IMG/VR virus record: IMGVR_UViG_3300012984_000010
Direction: 5' to 3' (one strand)
DNA from: a virus
Lineage: Duplodnaviria > Caudoviricetes
DNA: 64,000 nucleotides
The position numbers and the translations under genes are program-made. The notes below the pieces were generated by a model, which saw nothing but the letters and a program-made list of their open reading frames with translations, was not told the origin of the DNA and ran no database searches. Positions 28,538 to 36,077 of the stretch are shown one piece after another (within the stretch, counting starts at the first letter, position 1; each line of letters begins with the position of its first letter).

Positions 28538-29008
28538 ATGCGCAAATCTCGCACCCTAAAGGGTGGTTGGGTCTCTCCCGCCGATCTGCCGAAAGGTCCT
28601 AACGGTAGAGCCTTATGTCGGTATTGTTCCACCGAAGTACCGTCCAATCGACGCACCTTCTGTTCCGAAACATGTGTCTCAGAGTGGAAAATACGATCTC
28701 AACCAGGCTACGCCAAACAGCTGGTCAAGCAGCGTGATGATGGGATTTGCCAAATATGTCGCAAGGATTGCTTCGAAGGGTATCGAGGCTCCAGAGCTCA
28801 TAAGAGAATCAAAGGCCTGTTGAGATTGTTCGACATGGATCACACCATCCCAGTTGTGGAAGGTGGGGGATCCTGTGGCCTGGACAATCTGCGTACCTTG
28901 TGTCGTCCCTGTCACCTGATTGTGACTGCTCAGCTGGCCGCTAGGCGAGCTTTCAGACGGAAGAGTCTCAAGTGGTTCGTTGGTGTACGAAAACGAACTA
29001 AACGATAA
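28538..29008 (+). CDS. HNH endonuclease
   Basis: RDDGICQIC, DMDHTIPVVEGGG, NLRTLCRPCH. Confidence 0.92.
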   Translation: MRKSRTLKGGWVSPADLPKGPNGRALCRYCSTEVPSNRRTFCSETCVSEWKIRSQPGYAKQLVKQRDDGICQICRKDCFEGYRGSRAHKRIKGLLRLFDMDHTIPVVEGGGSCGLDNLRTLCRPCHLIVTAQLAARRAFRRKSLKWFVGVRKRTKR

Positions 29009-29012
29009 ATTT

Positions 29013-29161
29013 TGAAGGCGTTCGAGAAAAGAGAGCGGTATGTCTGTTAGGACGGTCTATTGAACCGGTGCGTCTGCCATTCCGCCACCCCTTCATAAAG
29101 TGAAGGGGGCAGGATTCGAACCTGCAAAAGCTTGTGAGCTCTCTCGAAGTGAATGCCTTCA
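29013..29161 (-). ncRNA. Five-arm tRNA-like RNA, member 4 (circularly permuted)
   Basis: CACAAGC, T arm, CCCCTTC-ACTTTAT-GAAGGGG, D arm, hairpin, CCGCTCT, CTC-G; terminal stem TGAAGGCATTC/GAACGCCTTCA. Confidence 0.8.
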
Positions 29162-29162
29162 G

Positions 29163-29261
29163 TGGACGTAACCGGATTCGAACCGGCGTTTAGGGCTTTC
29201 GGCCCTTGTTCTACCTTCTCTCATTGGCTGCGCAACCGCCGAGAAATTGAACTACACGCCC
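29163..29261 (-). ncRNA. tRNA-Phe-like RNA with a roughly 30-nt hairpin inserted in the D loop
   Basis: GGGCGTG/TACGTCC; GTTC...GAAC D stem enclosing the insert; loop CCGAAAG. Confidence 0.6.
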
Positions 29262-29301
29262 AATTGATTCAATGAACGGATCGTGATTGGAGAAGTTAAG
29301 G

Positions 29302-29373
29302 TCGGGGTGAGAGGAATCGAACCTCCACATTCTTGTACCCAAAACAAGCCGGCCACCATTGCCGAACACCCCG
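29302..29373 (-). tRNA. tRNA-Pro(UGG)
   Basis: CTTGT-TTTGGGT-ACAAG. Confidence 0.87.
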
Positions 29374-29489
29374 AGATTCGCCCTACCGCCCGCTTCGCAG
29401 CCTTTCGGCTCAGCTACTAGGTAGGACTTCTTGTGAGGTAGGCAAGGTTCGCTCCGGAACGTTGACCCTGATGACCATCTCACAAGCAG

Positions 29490-29560
29490 CACGGTAGGAG
29501 GGAATCGAACCCATCTCTGGAAGTTTTGGAGGCTTCTTGGTCGCCATGACTCTCTACCGT
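29490..29560 (-). tRNA. tRNA-Trp(CCA)
   Basis: Loop CTCCAAA; G73. Confidence 0.8.
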
Positions 29561-29678
29561 ATAGGTGGCCTTAAGTATCATGCTCTCCAGGTTCGGCTGA
29601 GATAGATTGAGGGCGGGCCACGCAGCCTCTTCACCAGCTTCAGCTATCCTTGGAAAGCAACTCTGAGCAGTCAGAGGG

Positions 29679-29756
29679 TGGAGCGTACGGGGATCGAACC
29701 CGTTCATATTTGGGACCATTTAGGCTTTACCAATATGCGTCGCCAGATCACGCCCC
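29679..29756 (-). ncRNA. tRNA-like RNA, Ala-type acceptor, roughly 20-nt anticodon loop
   Basis: GGGGCGT/ACGCTCC (G3:U70); ATATT/AATAT stem. Confidence 0.55.
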
Positions 29757-29758
29757 GG

Positions 29759-29831
29759 TGGAGCACCTGAGAATCGAACTCAGCAACAGGACTGTATCAG
29801 AGTCCTTCGGCTACCTTGCCTGTCGTGCTCC
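29759..29831 (-). tRNA. tRNA-Ile(GAU)
   Basis: GGACT-CTGATAC-AGTCC. Confidence 0.82.
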
Positions 29832-29997
29832 ATTAACTATGTCGGGAATTGAACCCGACCACTTTGCGTCCACAGATCCCCTATTTAGGCTTAACTTGTC
29901 GTACGCACAAGTCTGTTTCTGACGGGAGGGCTTGCAAGTCCCAGATCACGATCCTGCGATCATTGCGACCTTCAAAGTGTGTGCACCAGCAACCATA

Positions 29998-30072
29998 TGG
30001 TGGACCTGAGAGGACTCGAACCTCCAACACCATCGCTGCCAGCGATGTGAACTCCCATTGTTCTACAGGCCC
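29998..30072 (-). tRNA. tRNA-Ala(GGC)
   Basis: CATCG-CTGGCAG-CGATG; G3:U70; CCA. Confidence 0.9.
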
Positions 30073-30132
30073 ATTGGCGCCCCGCGACAACCGAAATTGA
30101 TCGTGAGACTTCTTGCTTAACCTTGCAAGCAG

Positions 30133-30205
30133 CAGACGCCCAGAGAATCGAACTCTGCCAGTCGGATTTGGAGTCCAACTCGCCAGCCTTGGAACATTGG
30201 CGCCT
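30133..30205 (-). tRNA. tRNA-Trp(CCA), second copy
   Basis: TTGGA-CTCCAAA-TCCGA. Confidence 0.85.
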
Positions 30206-30367
30206 AAGTGTCAGTACGGGTACGGCCCTGACAGCCGGTTGACTTCTCGACACCCGTTGTGAGTCAACAGACCTTCTGTGGACTCACGTCAACTAATGAT
30301 TCGATCTCTCTCGAACTGTCGCACCACTCGCAGCAGGTGTCGCTCTCCCTTAAACCCGGGACGGTAG

Positions 30368-30441
30368 CGCCTCGTAGGGGTAACGCTCCCCTTTCGACAT
30401 AGCGTGACAAGCTACCGGCGATACTTATCGCCTCACGAGGC
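30368..30441 (-). tRNA. tRNA-Asp(GUC)
   Basis: GTAGC-TTGTCAC-GCTAT; non-canonical T loop AGCGTTA. Confidence 0.8.
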
Positions 30442-30596
30442 ATTGTTACTGTTTGATACTCTGCCAGTCGAGGGAACTAGTCTCGACTGCTCCCAATCTT
30501 TCGATTGAAGCAGAAGGCCCCGAAGGGCTCTCGAATCTCGAAGGTGCTTTTCCCCACCACAAAGGTAAGGTCTACACGGATTTCTCAAACAATAAG

Positions 30597-30670
30597 GGTG
30601 ACTAACGGGGATCGAACCCGCCTAAGACAGATTCACAGTCTGCCACAATCACCAGATTGCTATAGCCACC
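30597..30670 (-). tRNA. tRNA-His(GUG)
   Basis: GCAGA-CTGTGAA-TCTGT; G-1:C73. Confidence 0.92.
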
Positions 30671-30806
30671 ATAGATTTCGAGATTGGGCCAGACAGTTCA
30701 CGCCATCTGATCGTCTCGACAGGACACCGCGGCAGACCGCCTACATCCTGCTTTTACAGCACTAAGGACACATCCCGTGAAAGAGGTGTTCCCGTAACTC
30801 CGGTAG

Positions 30807-30877
30807 CGTCCCTGGAAGGAGTCGAACCTTTCACAAGCTGATTTAGGAAATCTGCTGCCAGTTCCGCTGGCAAGGAC
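30807..30877 (-). tRNA. tRNA-Arg(CCU)
   Basis: Loop TTCCTAA. Confidence 0.78.
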
Positions 30878-30882
30878 ATTCG

Positions 30883-30972
30883 TGCAGTCGAGAGGATTCG
30901 AACCTCCACGCCCATTTTTCAGAGCGACACCTTCTCAGGGTGTTGTGTCTACCATGGTTTCACCACGACTGC
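30883..30972 (-). tRNA. tRNA-Leu(GAG)
   Basis: ACACC-CTGAGAA-GGTGT. Confidence 0.92.
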
Positions 30973-30976
30973 ATAG

Positions 30977-31061
30977 TGGACGTCACGGGAATCGAACCCG
31001 CCTGAGATTCAGCGTTCCTCCAGCACGGAGGCTTTCAAAGAAGCTCTCACCAGTAACGCCC
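30977..31061 (-). ncRNA. Atypical tRNA-like RNA (Ala-type acceptor, reduced D arm)
   Basis: GGGCGTT/GACGTCC; T arm; internal hairpin CCTCC-GTGCT-GGAGG. Confidence 0.5.
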
Positions 31062-31066
31062 ATTCG

Positions 31067-31150
31067 TGCCGATAGAGGGAGTCGAACCCCCATGCCCCTA
31101 AGGGCGGTTGATTTTGAGTCAACTGTGTCTGCCAGTTCCACCATATCGGC
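31067..31150 (-). tRNA. tRNA-Leu(CAA), second copy
   Basis: GTTGA-CTCAAAA-TCAAC. Confidence 0.92.
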
Positions 31151-31157
31151 ATATGGG

Positions 31158-31230
31158 TGGGTACCCTCGGTTACGCTCCGAGCCCTTCTGTTCTTCAGAC
31201 AGACGCTTCCACTAGGTTAGCTTGGTACCC
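31158..31230 (-). tRNA. tRNA-Phe(GAA)
   Basis: TCTGT-CTGAAGA-ACAGA; T loop AGCGTAA. Confidence 0.85.
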
Positions 31231-31276
31231 ATTAGCCTCTCATCAGGACCAGTCTAGACCAGACCTGATGAGTAAG

Positions 31277-31349
31277 TGACGCAAGCCGGTTACGATCCGA
31301 GCCAAAATCAGATTGAAAGTCTGACCACCTCACCAGAGGAGATTGCGCC
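31277..31349 (-). tRNA. tRNA-Glu(UUC)
   Basis: TCAGA-CTTTCAA-TCTGA; T loop ATCGTAA. Confidence 0.8.
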
Positions 31350-31351
31350 AT

Positions 31352-31429
31352 TGGTTGCGGGAACGGGATTTGAACCACGTGACCTTCAGCTTATGAGGCT
31401 GACGAGCTACCTGACTGCTCTATCCCGCA
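31352..31429 (-). tRNA. tRNA-Met(CAU), initiator-like scaffold
   Basis: GCGGGATAGAGCAG...CTCATAA...CCCGCAACCA; lacks the three GC pairs in the anticodon stem. Confidence 0.88.
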
Positions 31430-31471
31430 ATAATTGTAGTAAGCTACTTCTTTCGCCCCGCTTACAATGGG

Positions 31472-31546
31472 TGGAGCCTACGGTTGGAATCGAACCAACT
31501 TCTCCACGTTACAAATGTGGCACCTCACCATGTAGGCGTCGTAGGC
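31472..31546 (-). tRNA. tRNA-Thr(UGU), second copy
   Basis: Loop TTTGTAA; CCA. Confidence 0.85.
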
Positions 31547-31549
31547 AAA

Positions 31550-31954
31550 TCACCAAACCGAGTAATCAGAGGCCCAGAGTATGCCTTTCTGCTGATTACT
31601 GAGAGGGGTTGTTAATCTGAGGTGTATTGTAGCTCGCCCTTTTACCCCTAACATTGTTGAAGGTATGTAGTAACATTTGTCAGAGGTAAGGTCGTAAACC
31701 GAAATCCAATCCAGCTCATCTTCTGTGTACTTATGAACTGAATGTTGATTAGCAGACCTACAAGGGACTTGAATCACCTTCCCATCAGATTCTACGTACT
31801 TACACTGCACACGTTCTAAACGTCCTAGTCTCAAAACAACCAAGTCGTAACGCCAATCCTCCCCTACCGGAAGGGCTACCTTGTAGCCTCGCTTCAGGAC
31901 GTCAGCCATAATCATGGCTTCGCCTATATCACCTTTTCGCTTCGTTTCAGCCAT
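31550..31954 (-). CDS. PD-(D/E)XK homing-type endonuclease (PDDEXK_5-like)
   Basis: KGDIGEA, YDLVV, VQCKY. Confidence 0.88.
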   Translation of the reverse strand: MAETKRKGDIGEAMIMADVLKRGYKVALPVGEDWRYDLVVLRLGRLERVQCKYVESDGKVIQVPCRSANQHSVHKYTEDELDWISVYDLTSDKCYYIPSTMLGVKGRATIHLRLTTPLSNQQKGILWASDYSVW

Positions 31955-32155
31955 AAGGCCTCCTGTTTCAGAAACAGGAGGTCAATAAAGGCATTATTGT
32001 GTTAGGGTCATTGGTAGGCGCGAAGGGTGTCGGAGTCCTACCGACTCAATGCAGCGAAAGTCTGTCTAGAATGACTCTCACCAGCTGTCATGCGGCACAG
32101 CTACGGCCCTCCGTTCTTGTGGTCCTCTGAAAGGTTGCCCAGTCAGAACGCCCAG

Positions 32156-32226
32156 AGCCTCCAACAGGAATCGGACCTGTGTCTGTCCCATACCAAAGGA
32201 CGGTACTACCATTGTACTATGGAGGC
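32156..32226 (-). tRNA. tRNA-Thr(GGU)
   Basis: GTCCT-TTGGTAT-GGGAC. Confidence 0.82.
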
Positions 32227-32230
32227 ATTT

Positions 32231-32392
32231 TCAGACATCCGAGATATGGAGCAGGAAAGCTCTTGCGAGCCAGATTTACCGTCTGGTGCCCGGCCATTGG
32301 GCGTCTCCCTCATGTTTCGGCCAAAGGCCTAGTGAAGGAGGCTGGATTCGAACCAACTATTTGCGTGTATGATCCACTGGATGGATGTCTGA
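32231..32392 (-). ncRNA. Five-arm tRNA-like RNA, member 5 (permuted, Tyr-like)
   Basis: Perfect terminal stem TCAGACATCC/GGATGTCTGA; TACACGC; CTCCTTC/GAGGGAG acceptor; loop CGGTAAA; CTC-G. Confidence 0.8.
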
Positions 32393-32393
32393 G

Positions 32394-32466
32394 AGCTGGT
32401 GACTGGATTTGAACCAGCCTAAACCTGATTACGAAACAGGTGCCATCCCAAGATGACTACACCAGC
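32394..32466 (-). tRNA. tRNA-Thr(CGU)
   Basis: Loop TTCGTAA. Confidence 0.85.
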
Positions 32467-32622
32467 ATAGGCACTGTCGTCACGCCAAACTGTCGCCGTA
32501 GCTAAACAGCTCAGAAGCAGGAAGTTGCCGATGTTCTCGGTCGACCTACTGGCCGCGACCTCTTACGAGGCGATGATTGCCCAACTGAGCGGAATGCTCA
32601 GCCAATGCGATGGACAAGAAGT

Positions 32623-32768
32623 TGGTCCAAGGTGCAGGATTCGAACCCGCACTAGAGAAGCTGGGAGCTACCCAGGGTCAAACTTCTTGCAGAGGCTCTT
32701 ATTCCTCTGGGCTTAGCTTGACGCTCTCCACCATTCCCGTTGGTCCGTCGGTCTAGCTAGAACCTAAG
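32623..32768 (-). ncRNA. Enlarged (146-nt) tRNA-like RNA with CCA
   Basis: T arm GCGGG-TTCGAAT-CCTGC, ACCTTGG-A-CCA; inserted hairpin CAGAGG/CCTCTG in the anticodon region. Confidence 0.45.
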
Positions 32769-32782
32769 GCGGGTATCTTGGG

Positions 32783-32853
32783 AGCGACCACCGAGATTCG
32801 AACTCGGCTGGCACGGCTTGGAAGGCCGGCTTCTCGCCTAGAGAAATGGTCGC
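32783..32853 (-). tRNA. tRNA-Gly(UCC)
   Basis: Loop CTTCCAA; U73. Confidence 0.85.
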
Positions 32854-32995
32854 ATTGTGATGGTTTCTGGGTCGACTCCAGTTCACGTGTGGGCTTGAAC
32901 CATCAACCCGTATGCCTCACTTCGGCAGTTAGCCGCCTAGAGACAGTCACGCTGTATCTCAGCACACCGAATGATCAGTGGAACTGAGTTAGGGG

Positions 32996-33067
32996 CTCCT
33001 GGAGAAGGGGTCGAACCTTCGATAGGGTGATTAACAGTCACCTGCCTTACCGCTTGGCTACCCAGGA
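32996..33067 (-). tRNA. tRNA-Asn(GUU)
   Basis: GGTGA-CTGTTAA-TCACC; G73. Confidence 0.93.
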
Positions 33068-33148
33068 ATGGCCCTGAACAACGGAATCGAACCGCTCTAT
33101 TCGTCTCGCGAAAAACGAACCCTCCCACTGAGGAACAGGATGATTTAA

Positions 33149-33289
33149 CAGAGCCCCGAGGCAGAAGAGCGGGGATATGACGATTTTTCTGATCGTTGCC
33201 TATTCCATTTCGGCTACATCCCCATAGGTTGGAGGGGATGGTTGGATTCGAACCAACATTGCTTGTAGGCTCCTCAAAGAGAGGCTCTG
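33149..33289 (-). ncRNA. Five-arm tRNA-like RNA, member 6 (permuted, internal CCA)
   Basis: TACAAGC, T arm, CATCCCC-TCCAACCTAT-GGGGATG, D arm, ACGAT-CAGAAAA-ATCGT, CCGCTCT, CTC-G; CAGAGCCTC/GGGGCTCTG. Confidence 0.82.
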
Positions 33290-33292
33290 TAG

Positions 33293-33364
33293 CTCCAGGG
33301 GCAGGACTCGCACCCACACTTTTCGAGTTAACAGCTCGACGTGCTACTTTAACACTACCCTGGA
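33293..33364 (-). tRNA. tRNA-Asn(GUU), second copy
   Basis: TCGAG-CTGTTAA-CTCGA. Confidence 0.82.
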
Positions 33365-33367
33365 ATG

Positions 33368-33509
33368 CACGATGCTTCGAGAATTGGAGAGCGGGAAATT
33401 GACAGTTGGATATACTGTTGCCTTACCATTAGGCTATTTCCCCATATTAGAGGGGAAACCGGGAATCGAACCCAGATAGCTTGTAGGCACTCCTTAGTGA
33501 AACATCGTG
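33368..33509 (-). ncRNA. Five-arm tRNA-like RNA, member 7 (permuted)
   Basis: 11-bp terminal stem CACGATGTTTC/GAAGCATCGTG; TACAAGC; TTTCCCC-TCTAATAT-GGGGAAA; CCGCTCT; CTC-G. Confidence 0.82.
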
Positions 33510-33582
33510 GAGCGGGTGACCGGAATCGAACCGGCCGAGTTTTCGTTGGCAACGAACTACTCCACCTTGGAGTAACACCCGC
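33508..33582 (-). tRNA. tRNA-Gly(GCC)
   Basis: Loop TTGCCAA; U73; CCA. Confidence 0.88.
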
Positions 33583-33595
33583 ATCTAACTAACAG

Positions 33596-33667
33596 CACTC
33601 CTGGTTGGACTCGAACCAACATGTTTCCGCTTCGAAGGCGGATGCCCATCCTTTGGACCACAAGAGT
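33596..33667 (-). tRNA. tRNA-Arg(UCG)
   Basis: TCCGC-CTTCGAA-GCGGA. Confidence 0.9.
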
Positions 33668-33876
33668 ATGGTTGAGTGAAAGGAGTACGGATCGGCCGAC
33701 CCGTAACCCTCTGACGGAACAACACCCGAGTTGTTTCACTCATCGTCTCTCACTACCTGAGATCCGGAAGGCCCTGGGATCTCTTAACCACTTTGGGCAG
33801 TGGTGGCAATGTTTATCCACAGACTCAGAAACACAGCGTTCCCAACGTCATACTGCATGTCCTTACCACGGAGGGG

Positions 33877-33961
33877 CGGAAGCGGAGGGAGTCGAACCCC
33901 CAAGGGTGTTATCCTCGACTGTTTTCAAGACAGGTTCCATCGCCAATTGGATTGCGCTTCC
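33877..33961 (-). tRNA. tRNA-Ser(UGA)
   Basis: Loop CTTGAAA; G73; long variable arm. Confidence 0.9.
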
Positions 33962-33979
33962 ATTAGTTTCCCACACATC

Positions 33980-34070
33980 CTGATCAATCTGAAGGGCTCG
34001 AACCTCCATCTCCGGCTCCAACTCGCTTACGCTTTGCCGGCGCTCTGCCCGTTGAGCTATCGTCGATCAG
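33980..34070 (-). ncRNA. tRNA-like RNA with enlarged anticodon loop
   Basis: Canonical D arm GCTC/GAGC and T arm; CCGG/CCGG anticodon stem around a roughly 20-nt loop. Confidence 0.55.
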
Positions 34071-34230
34071 TTGTTTGTGGGCGTCACCACAGTCGTCACA
34101 ACGTTTGGAAATTCGCTTGAGTTGGCCTGTTCGGGCCCTTCCCCCGACTCACGGTTTTTAATGCGTAATGCGAGTGTTACCAATCCCAAGCGGCCTCTCC
34201 ACAGAGGTTGTACGTGCCGTGGTTACTTAG

Positions 34231-34302
34231 CACCCCCAAGGAGAGTTGAACTCCTATTTTCTGGTTGAGAACCAGACGTCCTAACCATTAGACGATGGGG
34301 GC
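34231..34302 (-). tRNA. tRNA-Glu(CUC)
   Basis: TCTGG-TTCTCAA-CCAGA. Confidence 0.92.
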
Positions 34303-34595
34303 AAAAGTTGGGGACAGGGGCCGGCTAACCCTCGGAAGAGCTTCGCTGTACCCTGTCGCCCACGGACAAATCCAGGAGAGAATTCCTTGATACCTTCCGA
34401 GGATGGTGCCTCGCTGCCTTTCCGTACCTATCCTTGTGAGGCTAGATCCTACTCGACAGACCATCTGCTCAGCGCCGGCTTCCTTCCGGATGAGTAGATG
34501 ACGTTTTTCCATGCCCTGAAGGAGCCTGGTGGAAACGAACTCAATGTGTCCTGGCTAGATTGTCAGAGAACAGGCCCTTTTTAGGGGGCGTGTAG

Positions 34596-34666
34596 TTCCG
34601 GGAGCTGGGGTCGAACCAACGTTTGCTGAGTCAGAGTCAGCCGTCCTGCCATTAGACGATCCCGGA
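34596..34666 (-). tRNA. tRNA-Gln(CUG)
   Basis: GCTGA-CTCTGAC-TCAGC. Confidence 0.92.
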
Positions 34667-34819
34667 ATGGTTTATGTTTCTTCGTTGTATCTCTCGCTCA
34701 ATCACTACTCGTCGCCACTCCTCACAGCTCTGAAATTTGAGGAGCATTGCTAAAGTCTTCTTGTCTGCTTCACGTACTTCTTTCAGGAAATCTCGATCGC
34801 TTTCGTGGAGATCCATGAG

Positions 34820-34894
34820 TGGGTGTAGGGGGAATCGAACCCGACCAACTAACCGCTTAAGAGGCGGCTACTCTACCAATTGAGTTATACACCC
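34820..34894 (-). tRNA. tRNA-Lys(CUU)
   Basis: GCCGC-CTCTTAA-GCGGT. Confidence 0.9.
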
Positions 34895-34916
34895 GTTATT
34901 TGCCAAAAACCTTAAG

Positions 34917-34988
34917 TGGGTCAGACTGGGTTCGAACCAGCGATCGTTCGCTTAAAAGGCGAGTGCTTTACCACTTAGCTACTGACCC
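34917..34988 (-). tRNA. tRNA-Lys(UUU)
   Basis: Loop CTTTTAA. Confidence 0.92.
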
Positions 34989-35054
34989 GAGGCGTCAGCA
35001 ACTACGTTTCAATCTCCTTCCTGTGTTTAGGTTTGACACTGTTGTTTTCCTGAG

Positions 35055-35140
35055 TGCGCCCGTCTGGAATCGAACCAGCCCGCCACTTAAGGCCAGAGTT
35101 TTACAGACTCTTGTCGGCACCAGCCAACTATTCCGAGCGC
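35055..35140 (-). tRNA. tRNA-Tyr(GUA)
   Basis: AGAGT-CTGTAAA-ACTCT; variable arm. Confidence 0.85.
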
Positions 35141-35643
35141 GTTGTTTTGTGATCTATCTAACGGTCTCTATCTCGAATTCTTAACCCCAAAAACGACTAA
35201 GGCCGCCTGGAGTCTTTCTCCGGCGGCCCTACTGATCCTTCTCTTGGTAGAGTTTTAGATCCCTGGGCCGCCTCTAACTTCCTCCAAATTCCTGGCGAAC
35301 GAAATGGAGGCTGGTTGGGCATACTTCTGGCTATCCTGGCGGAGGGTGGTCCCACGACCGCTCAAGACTGGCATGCCCAGCTTGACTCCACACCACAGCA
35401 CTGAAGCTGTTAGCTCCGGTTTGCTGGTATGTAGGATGACGGTTTGAGTAGACATGGCCTTTTGCTTCGGATGGGTGCCGGTCGTTTCGACCGACGTCTC
35501 GTATTAACTACAGCTTATAAACGGATCATGCAAGGAGAAAGTTTCGGTCGGCGTCTTTTTTCTTTTCCAGGTTGGCTGCCTGGAGGGGTCTTACACCGAG
35601 AAGGGTGGGGCGATCGGACTAAACCCTACCGCCCCACCATTTT

Positions 35644-36051
35644 TCACGCGAGCACCAGGTCAGGAACCTTGGCGATTTGGAGCTCGTAATGAGCCGCCAT
35701 GCCGACGGTTACCACGATGAGCAAGTGGTCCTTCATCCGTTGGACGATGGGCAGCTTGTCGTAGTCAATCATTTGAGGGTTGGTGAGAGGACCTGCATCC
35801 TTGTCGTCATTCTTGACAGGACCCCACACGTATCCTTGGTCAATCTTACCTTGCAGCCAGCGATCGTGCTCTCCCCGAGGGCTGTAATTGCCGGCGAGGA
35901 CGGATTTCACCATCGCCACCGTGCTGTCCCGTTGCCACTGCTGAGCATCGTCCCACTCCTTGATGGAGTGGTCACCGTGCATCTTGCAGTAGGTTACCAC
36001 TGTGTTGTGAGCTGCCCTGGCGCATTTTTCGATCTTCTCTTCATTTTTCAC
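35644..36051 (-). CDS. RyR-domain phage protein
   Basis: EHDRWLQGKIDQGYVWGPVKND...MIDYDKLP...KD. Confidence 0.8.
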   Translation of the reverse strand: MKNEEKIEKCARAAHNTVVTYCKMHGDHSIKEWDDAQQWQRDSTVAMVKSVLAGNYSPRGEHDRWLQGKIDQGYVWGPVKNDDKDAGPLTNPQMIDYDKLPIVQRMKDHLLIVVTVGMAAHYELQIAKVPDLVLA

Positions 36052-36077
36052 GTGATCATGAGAACCTTGCCTTTCGT

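Noticed and set aside
29468-29474. Hammerhead ribozyme core CUGAUGA
   Set aside because: No stem II followed by GAAA and no closing stems found.
34478-34490. SRP RNA (TCCGGAAGGAAGC 13-mer on the minus strand)
   Set aside because: Flanking CAGG and AGCA loop residues and the long helix are not matched.
19702-35689. Many short ORFs across the tRNA array
   Set aside because: They overlap tRNA or ncRNA genes and lack RBS or motifs.
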